Assembly (NCBI GenBank): GCA_013425375.1
Contig: JACCLH010000086.1
Span: 1-40,487 of the forward strand
Length of the DNA: 40,487 bases
Origin: Candidatus Micrarchaeota archaeon
Lineage (GTDB): Archaea; Micrarchaeota; Micrarchaeia; Anstonellales; Bilamarchaeaceae
Direction of reading: 5' to 3'
Notes under the pieces: generated by a model
Seen by the model: the letters and a program-made list of their open reading frames with translations, nothing else
Databases searched by the model: none
Told to the model about the DNA's origin: nothing
Position numbers and translations under genes: made by a program
Shown here: positions 25,801-34,600 of the stretch, one piece after another
Layout of the letters: each line of letters starts with the position of its first letter
Position numbering within the stretch: position 1 is the first letter of the stretch

Positions 25801-28800
25801 CCTGGGACCTTGCGGTAGCCGCGATCGATTCGCCCATCACCCTTGCCGGGCCCACCGCTTTTATCTCTTCGAATCTGAGCACGACCGCTGCCTTTTCTGT
25901 CGGTGTGAAGTTCATGTCGAAGAGATTCTGGACTTCCTGGACGGCATCTATGCTTATCTTTCTCTTGGAAGCGATCCTGGAAGCATCCCGTCCGCACGCT
26001 TCCATTATGAACTTCGCATCGTTGCCCTCGACGGGTTCTATTGCGCGCGCTGCCATGTATTCGTGTGGTCTGATCCGAACCCCCTCATCCGCAGCTGCTT
26101 TTTCCGTTGAAGTCACTATTTTTAGGACAGCTTTGGCAAGTTCTGAATCTCCCGCTGCGCGGGCCTGCAGCTTGTTCGTCACGTTCCCTTGGGCATCCGT
26201 CACATTTTGTTTGGAATATATATGCCTGAGCACGGTCCAGTATCTGTTGTCTTTCGTTTCAAGCGCTTCCCTGTAGAGCGCTTTCACTATTTCCGCAGTC
26301 TTATCGGGTTGCGTTTCTAATACGTTCTCCAGCGCAGCGCCAGCCCGGTCCGCGACCTCCTCCATGCCTGGAACCACCATCTCTTCTGCTGCCGGCCCGG
26401 TTTTCATCCCCACAGCTTTCTTGATTGGTGCCAGCAGCTTTCCGAAACCGCTAGGTTGGGCCTGCGTAGGGGCAGCCGCCCCGGGCGCTGGTCCTGGTAC
26501 GGCGGTCGGACCTCCTGGAGCTGGGCCTCCAGCAGTCCCTCCTGGCGGAGTCGTAGCCTGCGCCCTGAACCTTGGCATCCCGGCTACCTCTGCTTCCCCC
26601 TTAGGCGCTTCGCCTAGCATCCTGCCCACAGCAGAAACAGGTCCTTCTCCGACAGCGATTTGCTGGCGGGCAGGGACTGCCTCAGGAGCCACCCGTAAGA
26701 GGACATCTGTTATGTTCGCATTTGCCTGGGCAAGCGCATTTGACACATCACGTGTTATCCTGCCGCCCTGAGCGTAGTCTGTGACCTTGACATTCTTTGT
26801 CAGCCCCTCTACCACACTGGCGATTTCCGGGCTCTCTGCCCTTATGGTCTCCACTGTCCTTTTGGCGTCAGCATACCTCGCCATGGCTGCAGGATTCTCT
26901 GCCCTGGCTCTTGCCGGAGTGAGCAATCCCTTCAGCAGTTCTGCCAAACGGTTGCCCTCAACAAGACCTGCGGCTTCTATTTCCCATCTCCTGCCCCTTG
27001 GCCCCCCTCCTGAAGGTCCGGACGGCTTGGGCGCAAACCCTTCTATGGCTTTCAGCAGCACCCTCATGCTGAGCTCATCCGGCTCCAGCCTTTGCGCATC
27101 AATCGCTTTCCTCACCCTCCCGTCCTTCAGCAATGCCTCCATCCTCGGCCTCATGGTTTTCGGCAATGGTGTGAGCAGGTTATCGCGCGTCTTTTTGTCA
27201 GCCGCTGCAAGCTCCTTCAGGAAGCTGAACAGCTCCTGCGGCCTCTGCAGTTCCTCTGCTGTCCTCACTGAAGGCGCCTTGGTCGGTTCTATGCTGACCC
27301 TTGCCGCGCCTTCACCGGCAGCGACATCAAGGACGCTTTCCATATCTGCCCTGGCTTCAGCCTTTCCCGTCACCCTGAGCGCAGGCCCGCGCATCACGCC
27401 TGACCCTGCCGCATAGGCGAACGGGAACAGTCCCATCGCAGCAAGAGCCACCCCCTTCGCGTTCTCTCCTGCACGGAACATCTCCACTGCCTCATATCCC
27501 ATGTAGCCTGAGAATCCCAGGCCGACGCCTAGGGCCCCATACCGCAGCCCGCGCGACAGCGCGCCCAATCTGGCAGCGTATGATGTGGCTCCGGCCTCCT
27601 CTGCCCTGATAGCAGCAGCACCGAACCTGCTGGCCATGCTTACCGCTCCCATGGTCAAAGGCACTGCGGCGAGCATCGCCCATGATGTCCAGCTGGCAGA
27701 GCCTTTCTCACGGTATTCAGTAAGAATCTGGTCCCATGATAAACTGGCGAATATGGCTGCTCCGGCAAGCTGTCCTCCAGGTATCACGCTCACTATCAGG
27801 CCTGTAGCGCCCACGCCTATGTTCGCCCAGAATTTCTTGTCCATGACTAGCTTCTGCATCTCCGTTACCGCCTCTCCGGCTGCTATCATGTCCCCTTTCC
27901 AGACAAGCTCCTTGACCCTGCGCTGCATACCCGCATAGTTCGTGAATACCTGGCTGGCTTCGTGCGCAGGTATGGTGAGCACAGAGGCCTCTATGAGCCT
28001 CGCTCCCCTGAGCATCTTCTCAATCTTCTCCTGGCTCTGGTCGCCTTTGACTATCCCGTACAAGGCGCTGAGCCTGAGCGTCCGGTATGTATCATATCCG
28101 CGGCGCGGCTTTCCAGGTTCTTTCTCCTCGTACATCTCCATGGCCGTGATGGTGTTCAGGATGGCGCTGTCATATGCCATGGCCGCTGTTGTCCAGTCCC
28201 CCTTCAGCATGGCCTTCCCTGCAGCATCCAGCTCTTTGTTTGCCGCGATGAGCTCGTTCTTGGCGAGCGATCCGGCCGGCCCGCTCAGCCTTCCCATGAA
28301 CGCTTGATTGGACCCCATCTCAGAATGGACCTGCCCATAGCCAGCAGCTACCCTCCTCTCGTTCTGCGCATCAGCCAGGAACGTTGCGACATCCCCGAGC
28401 GGGAGTTCGGCATTGCTCCTTTCAGAACCTGCCAGGGCGGCCATGAGCTCCGCTCCCTTCTTCTGGAGCCTTTCAACGGCAATGGCTTTTTGCGTTTCAC
28501 CATCGGACCTGTACAATCTCAAGCTTTCGTGCATGCTCTGCTGGACCTGCGTGATCAGGCCTCTTGTCTCCTCTATGGTCTGCTTCCTATAGGCACGTGA
28601 AGCCACCAAAGCGAATCTTTCCCAGAATGCGTTCCTGAGCTTTCCATATTCCCCGGCATCCCCTCTGTAAGCCGCTGATTCAAGCTTGTCCATGATTGTC
28701 GTGAGCGTGTCGCCCCTGAGCGTCGCATCCTTCGGGTTCTCTGCCTCGTACCTGCGCACGGATTCCATACTGGTGGTTCCTGAATATGTGCCGTCCTCTT

Positions 28801-31162
28801 TCCTCTGTCCCACCGGCACCTGGCCTGGCTGAAGCCCAGTGGCAAGCGGCCGCCTGCCATAATACGCATCGCCTATCATCCTCGCATCCAATCCCATCTC
28901 CCTATAGGTCTGGAGCGATGCCACTGTCCCGGTGCCCATGTCAAACCTCTGGGCCGCGGCCTTCAGTTCAGCCACATTGCGGGCGGCCATGGCCATCCTT
29001 ATGGCCTGGAGCATCTCAGTCCTGCCTTTCTTGCCTGATTCAGTGGCGAACTGCGAGTATCTCCATCCCTCTGCCCTGCCCTCGCCGGCCTGGCCGTAGT
29101 AGTCAGCCACATACTGCAGGATGGTGTTCGCTACGATGATGTCTCCTTCAGCCGTCTTCTTCACTGCCGTGGCCAGCGCAGCGTTTATCTCTTCCCCCCC
29201 CATCTGCCTTTTCGCAGCCAGCTTGCCGAGCCTTTCAGCTTCCCTGCCGACATAGGATGCCTGGGCGGCAGTGTAGCTCTTCATGAACGTGTCCTCTGCG
29301 GGCGCATTGCCACTGGCGACGGCTTTCAGGGTGCTCTCCATGCCTCCGAGCAGCTCTTCGTTCCTGACAGAAACGATCCTGCCGTTCCTCATCTCGCCGA
29401 GCCTTCCGACAGAATCAGCATAGCTGGCTGATAGCCACAGGACTTTGCCTGCCTCTTCGGTTTTTCCCTGCGATGCCAGCGTCTTCGCCCTCCCGAGCGC
29501 ATCGGTCAGGATGCCGAGCCTGGGCTCCATCTCCTTTCCCCAGCGTATGGCATCCAGCATCCCGTCAGCTTCCATGGTTGTGCGGTAATATGCCAGCGCA
29601 TTGCCGAACCTGACAGAGCCGTCCCTGGCTTTCAGCTCGTCATCTATGGCCTTCTCCATGTCCTCCATGCCTGCCCATGGCTTGCCCTTGCCGGCCTTCA
29701 GCAGGTCCGCATAGGAAAGGGCCATCTTGAAAAGCCTCCCGGCCCCTTCCACATCCGGATTATCAGCACGGAGCCTTGACATCGCCTCGTTCGCTGCAGA
29801 CGCCACGCGCCTGCTGCTGTCGCCCTTGCCAGCGCCGTATTCAGCCGCCAGCCCTTCACTCTCCAGGGCCATGGATGCTATGTCGACCTGGCTGGAGAAT
29901 GAGTCCATCATGGCAGGAGTCGCAGTCCGGCCATTGGCCATGGCGTCATGCATGGCCTGATATTCCGGCACATAATCGCTTGACTGTTTCTTCATGCTGG
30001 CGGCAGACCTCTGCAGCATGCCCAGCGAAACTGCAAGCGCTGCCATCTGTATGTCCCCGCGGTCCAGCGCGATCAATGCCTGCGCACCGAACCATCCAGG
30101 GCTGTTGTCAGCCGCTTCTCTCTTGGTGCCCTTGAGCTGGCCGGCCAGCGCCGCGATGTCTGCGGCAGCCTGCTCGTCTCCTGCCAAGGCAGACCTGCCG
30201 CTTATGAGCATGTATCTCGTTGTGATGTCCCTCATCAGCAGCGCATCTATCTCCCGGCCTTTCCTCAGTTTGTCCAGCACCTCTTCCATGCTATCCCTGA
30301 GCTCGGCCATCTTCTTCCTGTTCTGCTCTGTGGCGGCCAGTGCCATGAGGCTGTCCACGCGGCGTATGGCATCATCAAAGAAATCGATATTGCTCATCCT
30401 CACCTGCCTGGCCATCTCCTTCAGGTTCCTGTCGAATGACGAAAGCGTCAGCTTGTCGTCGCTCTCCTGCTTCTCGGTATAATCCATGCCTTTGCTAGCC
30501 TGCTCGCTTCGTTCAGCCACGAAGGTGAAAACCCCATCGCGCTCTTTCATCACCGAAATGTCGTTGGTGTTGTAAAGCTGGACATTATCGGCATAGAGAC
30601 TTGCAACGTGCAATATAGCCTCCCCTCTTGCCTGGTTCCGGGTGCCCATATCCCTGAGTGAAATCCCTATTCCGTTCAGGAAAGATTCGAACAGCCTTTC
30701 GTTCACATTGCTCGGCACACCGCTGCTCAGCACGTTCACCTCTATCTCAAGCACTGTCTCCAGATTTTTCAGCCTTGCTTCCGCACGGGCGAGCATGTCC
30801 ACAGCAGCGCCGAATCTGCCTGCTTCCCCTTCCTTCCTCGCATTGTCTATGTCCTTTTGTATGACGGTCGCCGCATCCCTGAACCACCACTCTGCCACCA
30901 CAGGTATATGCGCCTCTCTCGCTTTGCCTATCGCCTTCAAGAGCTGTGAAGCCCATGGGGATATGACAGCCGCGCTGTTCTCAGGATTCGTCCTGATGCT
31001 CGTGGAATATCCTCCGATCAGGCCCATCTCGCCGCGCACTGCCTGCAATGCCGTCCTGAGTTCCGCTTCCTGGCCCCGCTCCAGCACTGTTCTCATCGGT
31101 ATTATCGTGACAGGTATCCTTTCCGGTTCCTCTGCCCTTTTCCTCACTGTAGTCTCTGTCAT
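22817..31162 (-). CDS. Giant membrane protein C (about 2781 aa), unknown function
   Basis: The track starts at GTG 31171. ATG 31162 is preferred because GAGGTGGG lies directly upstream and overlaps the TGA stop of gene B (31173-31175). A cluster of 4 hydrophobic helices is encoded at about 27400-27840, with another hydrophobic segment at about 25190-25270. Confidence 0.8.
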   Translation of the reverse strand: MTETTVRKRAEEPERIPVTIIPMRTVLERGQEAELRTALQAVRGEMGLIGGYSTSIRTNPENSAAVISPWASQLLKAIGKAREAHIPVVAEWWFRDAATVIQKDIDNARKEGEAGRFGAAVDMLARAEARLKNLETVLEIEVNVLSSGVPSNVNERLFESFLNGIGISLRDMGTRNQARGEAILHVASLYADNVQLYNTNDISVMKERDGVFTFVAERSEQASKGMDYTEKQESDDKLTLSSFDRNLKEMARQVRMSNIDFFDDAIRRVDSLMALAATEQNRKKMAELRDSMEEVLDKLRKGREIDALLMRDITTRYMLISGRSALAGDEQAAADIAALAGQLKGTKREAADNSPGWFGAQALIALDRGDIQMAALAVSLGMLQRSAASMKKQSSDYVPEYQAMHDAMANGRTATPAMMDSFSSQVDIASMALESEGLAAEYGAGKGDSSRRVASAANEAMSRLRADNPDVEGAGRLFKMALSYADLLKAGKGKPWAGMEDMEKAIDDELKARDGSVRFGNALAYYRTTMEADGMLDAIRWGKEMEPRLGILTDALGRAKTLASQGKTEEAGKVLWLSASYADSVGRLGEMRNGRIVSVRNEELLGGMESTLKAVASGNAPAEDTFMKSYTAAQASYVGREAERLGKLAAKRQMGGEEINAALATAVKKTAEGDIIVANTILQYVADYYGQAGEGRAEGWRYSQFATESGKKGRTEMLQAIRMAMAARNVAELKAAAQRFDMGTGTVASLQTYREMGLDARMIGDAYYGRRPLATGLQPGQVPVGQRKEDGTYSGTTSMESVRRYEAENPKDATLRGDTLTTIMDKLESAAYRGDAGEYGKLRNAFWERFALVASRAYRKQTIEETRGLITQVQQSMHESLRLYRSDGETQKAIAVERLQKKGAELMAALAGSERSNAELPLGDVATFLADAQNERRVAAGYGQVHSEMGSNQAFMGRLSGPAGSLAKNELIAANKELDAAGKAMLKGDWTTAAMAYDSAILNTITAMEMYEEKEPGKPRRGYDTYRTLRLSALYGIVKGDQSQEKIEKMLRGARLIEASVLTIPAHEASQVFTNYAGMQRRVKELVWKGDMIAAGEAVTEMQKLVMDKKFWANIGVGATGLIVSVIPGGQLAGAAIFASLSWDQILTEYREKGSASWTSWAMLAAVPLTMGAVSMASRFGAAAIRAEEAGATSYAARLGALSRGLRYGALGVGLGFSGYMGYEAVEMFRAGENAKGVALAAMGLFPFAYAAGSGVMRGPALRVTGKAEARADMESVLDVAAGEGAARVSIEPTKAPSVRTAEELQRPQELFSFLKELAAADKKTRDNLLTPLPKTMRPRMEALLKDGRVRKAIDAQRLEPDELSMRVLLKAIEGFAPKPSGPSGGGPRGRRWEIEAAGLVEGNRLAELLKGLLTPARARAENPAAMARYADAKRTVETIRAESPEIASVVEGLTKNVKVTDYAQGGRITRDVSNALAQANANITDVLLRVAPEAVPARQQIAVGEGPVSAVGRMLGEAPKGEAEVAGMPRFRAQATTPPGGTAGGPAPGGPTAVPGPAPGAAAPTQAQPSGFGKLLAPIKKAVGMKTGPAAEEMVVPGMEEVADRAGAALENVLETQPDKTAEIVKALYREALETKDNRYWTVLRHIYSKQNVTDAQGNVTNKLQARAAGDSELAKAVLKIVTSTEKAAADEGVRIRPHEYMAARAIEPVEGNDAKFIMEACGRDASRIASKRKISIDAVQEVQNLFDMNFTPTEKAAVVLRFEEIKAVGPARVMGESIAATARSQALINNLPTSGNPIVDAVRQSIIRHVAPDGNLETTMLNALKSNEVARAVENVHGRGTGKAFKEAMNVGTVDAALGVMDSSLRPGMEAMWNTAKMMPDLMEELSILGAVKVRANQVLGAVDETGSTLARQAHPILYTIWDAAKVVGGFLNNVEPFTNWGGRTWLKGIAGAIPGGRIRAAASNWMYIVPQVAAWWALNHWGSPYAIGFYRTLTGAATVEEGRKMCKERYGIACSDENARWITKTGLSAQAELRTTVHETIVDVKDDILDGIGKTLKGNRMQDVVTALENAEKRLMGQVAEKDSDKQKKNIRQIFTDLKKEMAERIGGSITLKQQAEIEKIMADAENELVKEFKEALGAEKPRKNDGAALFRYIVNTFPQGDERRPDDWTEVRALLDRGVLYDIRKIDKILTDGHAMSDALDGINELLVDRKTKTKANDISGVIDIEKKLREKLEPLHIELGNVYGLLSGENKNQLDITDMANLRRKNWMERGLVLTYMDVAAETFLADTGTIGRQEVLGGQLKQESMKAESLLRWYPAVYWFMFDSVRAGNIPSVFVGDVMANLSKTGPDGKPVIEGLRQQATATKTIDVVLREHLKNAGFYIEVSGREGIKDNSFLGMLDQNAITNPGIKQDVKAILYNQRWHTENLAAFNSFALNKITIGEDGMISGGETVYGKPEDLAKFITNVSNLRATMADVAQTAAARAAAKAELITLGALTAEGTEVDIVAVAMKQGRVGPAALAEIDPELLKPGNERLVAFAVQRTTRDRNRNAESGLIKWLVDNKRAIKGNVVNILKSLQEQGTVVPKDPAKIEKFLDGQADYYKNEEAWWDISIPTPSARRKGEEKPLEKEKGMEEIVLGELKPKPVRLPGYNRVAKPGEAPPVVLSGMADTVMRVQAQIVVTNHYAMKEKSPERGMMKTLYPLPDDRARFEADVYAEIKRQVGDPKLRKTLAENGIAVTDKNGAVDVVMVTDSHKANPYLMTMGLDILKRQMKKGE

Positions 31163-31172
31163 CCATCCCACC

Positions 31173-31502
31173 TCATGAATATGTCCTGCATATGAGCACG
31201 AAGTCGCGCAGCCTTTTCATCCTCGCTCCGTCATCTGCCTTGCTCCTGGCTTTCACCGCCTCTCTCTCCCATGCCGACAGCTCCTGCTGGAACCTCTTTA
31301 TCCTCTGGACATGCGGATACATGCTCTCAGGTTTCAGGTCCGAAGAATCCCATCTTGAGAGGAAATCCCCGATGGTGCCCAGGGTCCTGTCCACGCGCCT
31401 TATTGTCTCTTCCTCTACAGAAGCAGGGTCTGTCCTTGTCGGTATGCTTCTCACGTCTTTCCGGTATATGGTGGCTTTTGGGGCCGGTTTTCTTTTAGCC
31501 AT
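31173..31502 (-). CDS. Small basic protein B (about 109 aa), unknown function; first gene of the B-C-D unit
   Basis: From ATG 31502 the protein begins MAKRKPAPKATIYRKDV. The track start at 31568 would lie upstream of the TTTATAAA box. Its stop is embedded in the Shine-Dalgarno motif of gene C. Confidence 0.55.
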   Translation of the reverse strand: MAKRKPAPKATIYRKDVRSIPTRTDPASVEEETIRRVDRTLGTIGDFLSRWDSSDLKPESMYPHVQRIKRFQQELSAWEREAVKARSKADDGARMKRLRDFVLICRTYS

Positions 31503-31533
31503 GCGAGCACCTGTACAGTTATACCTGTGCAAC

Positions 31534-31541
31534 TTTATAAA
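31534..31541 (-). promoter_or_regulatory. TTTATAAA TATA-like box upstream of gene B
   Basis: A palindromic AT box lies 32 nt upstream of ATG 31502, within the 126-nt A-B gap. Confidence 0.45.
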
Positions 31542-31580
31542 TATGACCGGGGTTCCATCGAGGTGCACCCTTATAACCGG

Positions 31581-31628
31581 GAAAAAAGGTGGAAAACAAC
31601 AAAATAAAAGATGAAAATAAAGAAAAAA
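31581..31628 (-). terminator. Extended T-rich tract immediately after the stop of giant gene A
   Basis: The minus strand reads TGA-TTTTTTCTTTATTTTCATCTTTTATTTTGTTGTTTTCCACCTTTTTTC, with multiple T4-T6 runs. Confidence 0.55.
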
Positions 31629-34600
31629 TCAGTTCTTGGCCGGAGGTGAGGCTGGTGCTGTGGTCTCCGCAGGTTTCAGCTTCTTGAGCAGATTCAGCAT
31701 GCGCGAGCGCAGGGTCATCCTGGCCTTGTCTGCGTCCTTGACCTCAGCTGCGGTCACCGCGTTTCCTGTGTCCTTGGTGACCAGTATGCCGCTGTCAGTG
31801 GCATAGGTGACGGGGTCCTTCACAGATGCGAAGCCCACATATATCCACTGCTTGAGTGATTCGTCAATGGCCGCAGTCGCGCCTCCGAAGGCGCTTCCCA
31901 TGACCTCCGCGGCGAGCTTGCCGTCTGCGCGCTTGTCCTCGTGCAGCTGCTGTATGGAGAGTTCCACACCCTTGGTGAAGAGCTCCTGGGACGTAGAGGT
32001 ATAGAACCTCTTGGCTTCCTCGCTCAGCTTGGGGATATCCATCCTGCCTTCCTGGGGCGCGGCGTCTGTAGTTATATACCCCTTGCCCACTGCATACTGC
32101 ACCAGGTATCCTGGCGGATCGGTGAACGGGTCGTAGTCTTCGACCTTGCCCTTGGCTGCCTTGTGCTCTGCCAGCTTCTGGATGAATTCCCTGGAACTGG
32201 AGACGCTTGCGTAGTACTTCACGCCGCTCTTCTCGAACTTGCCCAGGAGCCCCACGATATCCTCGTTGTCCTTGGCCGTGAGCACGTCAAGCGCCTGGAC
32301 AGTAGGCAGGTCCAATGGCTTGCTCACATCTATGCTGAGCAGCCGCTTCATCTTGTTGGCTATCTGGTAGCGCCTGAATTCCGGTTCGGTGTTCTCCACC
32401 CAGCCGCTCTTCTCTGCGGCTGCCTTGGTGGTGTCGAACGCCGTGTTGAGCACATCTTCAGGGACATAGGCTATGGCAAGGTTCACTCCAGGTATGGCCT
32501 TCTTCACCTCTGCCATCCAATTCCCGACGAACGCGTCCCTCTTGTCCTCCTTCACCCAGCGCTCGGCCCTCCCCTTCATGCCGCACATGTTGACGAACGT
32601 GCTTATCCTGCCGCTTCCCTGGTTGTGCAGGAACGCGACGTTGCTGCGGTTGGTAGTCTTGATGTTGTCCACCAGGTCCTTCTCCGCTGCCGTTATGAGG
32701 AATCCCTGCGTGGTCCAGTTCATCATGTTGGTCGGATGGGTCAGGAACTTGTGATCCATCACCATCTCGGTATCGCCGACCTTCCCGAGCGCATCAGCGA
32801 AAGCCTTGTTGGCCGGCTTCGCGAGGAAGGCGGCATCCACCTTCGTGTTGCTCTTCTTCAGCTCGGCGAGCTTCGTCATGAAGGCCTCCTTGTCCTTTTT
32901 CTCCTCTTTCTTATCTTTCTTCTCCAGCGCCTGGTCCACAATGCTCTCCACGAACGCTGCGTTCTTCGGGTCTGTGAGGAACCAGTAGTTCACCTTCTTG
33001 GCCTTGCCTTCCAGGGCCATGAGGGTATCCACGAACCTGTCGCTCTCATACCTGTTCAGGACGCGGCCGTCATCTACCGGGTAGGTGCTCAGGTCTATGG
33101 TGCAGCATACGCCCATCTTCGGGTCCCATCCTTCCTTTCCGATGGTTGCCGGCTCGTAATCTGCTATCGCTCTCCAGCTCGCCTCTATGTCAGGTACCTC
33201 GGCCTTCGCATCCTTGTATCTCATGAAGTTGAGCCCGTCAGGGTCCTGGCAGCTCTTCGGTATGGCTTCTTTGGGGTTTGTGCAGTTCTCAGGCCCTGCG
33301 CCGATGTCCTTCACGCTCACGAACCTCCTCATGGAAGTGCGTTCCTGCAAGAACTTCAGCACGTCCGGGTGGTTCTCCAGCCAGTTGAGCCTTTCAGTCG
33401 GCCCGTCACACTGGACGATTCCGCAAAGCCGGTCAGAGACATTGGCCGCGAGCCAGTTGGTTCTCTCGTACTCTTCGCCAGGCAGCGCGTTGCCGACTCC
33501 GTACTGGCTCCTGTAAACATCATATCCTCGCTCAGGCAGCTTCCATGCGATGTCGTAGCTGTCATCTCTGTACGCTCTGGTGTCCCTCTGCGATTCCACA
33601 GGCAGGAACCAGGTCCATGGGTAGTACAGGTGCGAACTCGCGTCATTTATGTAGAGCGGGCCATTCACCAGGCCAGTAGCCCTGATGCCTGCGCTGGGCC
33701 ACGACCACGGCTTGTACCAGTGGCCTTCGCCGCTGCCAACCACGAGGCTGAACGCCGCGGGCAATATGATATACGACTTCAGGCCTGCCCAGAAGACTCC
33801 GCTCACGATGCGTGGTATCGTGGAAACGTGCAGGATGTCATTGCCATCCGCATCCTGGTCAGGCCAGGTTATTTTCTGGAACCAGTTCCTGTACAGCAGG
33901 TCGCCGCCGGTGTATCTCTTCTCCGACTTGTTATAATCACCGAAAAACTGTTTGCCTGGAAGTATGTGAAGGAACACCCGCCGCCCCGTATTAATATATA
34001 CATTCGGATCGAATACATTCTGAAGTATCCAGTTTATCGCGGACTTGAACGAGCCTTCGTGCTTGGTGACCCCATGCTCAGGGTCAGTGGAAATCTCCTC
34101 GAACATCGACCTCGCCAGCATCCTCTGCCCATCGCTTATGCCTAGGGGGTTGCTCTCCTTGCGCTCCTTCGCCTTCTTGAGCGAGAGCTCCACAACCTTC
34201 CTGATGGGCTGGCCATGCGTTTTCCTTATATCGTCTATCTCCCTGGAGATGTATTCTGTCTGCTCGGTCAGCGCTTTTGTCGCGTGGTCGTGCGCACCAC
34301 TGGCATCCTTGACTGCTTTGGGCTTAATCGTGGCTGCGAACTCAAGGTTGCCCAGTGTGGTCGCCATCCATGCGAGCCGTTCCCTTGTCTCAGCCGGTAT
34401 GGGTGCGGCCGCCAGCTCCTGCCTGAACGCCTCCATCTTCTCCTCAAACGCATCTATCCTCTTGCCGAAAACATCGTCATCCGCGACCTTCGCCTGTTTG
34501 CCTGCAACGCCCTCGCTCATCCTCTTCATGAGAAGAAGGCGATCGAAGCTGGCCCTTTCTGTCTTCAGCTCTTCGGCCTGCTTGAGCAGGTCCATGAGCG

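Noticed and set aside
22817-31162. The possibility that gene C is a prophage tape-measure protein (long, helical, with internal hydrophobic helices), making the cluster a provirus.
   Set aside because: No capsid, portal, terminase, integrase or tail genes are present anywhere in the window. Composition matches the flanking core genes, and the module shared with A and E argues for a cellular multi-protein system. The idea remains formally testable by profile search.
31941-34145. A long plus-strand ORF (734 aa) antisense to giant gene A. Similar antisense ORFs lie at 1166-2329, 5947-6837, 19539-20507, 21763-22806, 25407-26276, 34045-35070 and 35079-35909.
   Set aside because: These are shadow ORFs typical of GC-rich coding DNA. 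Their translations are low-complexity (Arg/Leu/Pro/His-rich), have no motifs, and fully overlap well-supported minus-strand genes.
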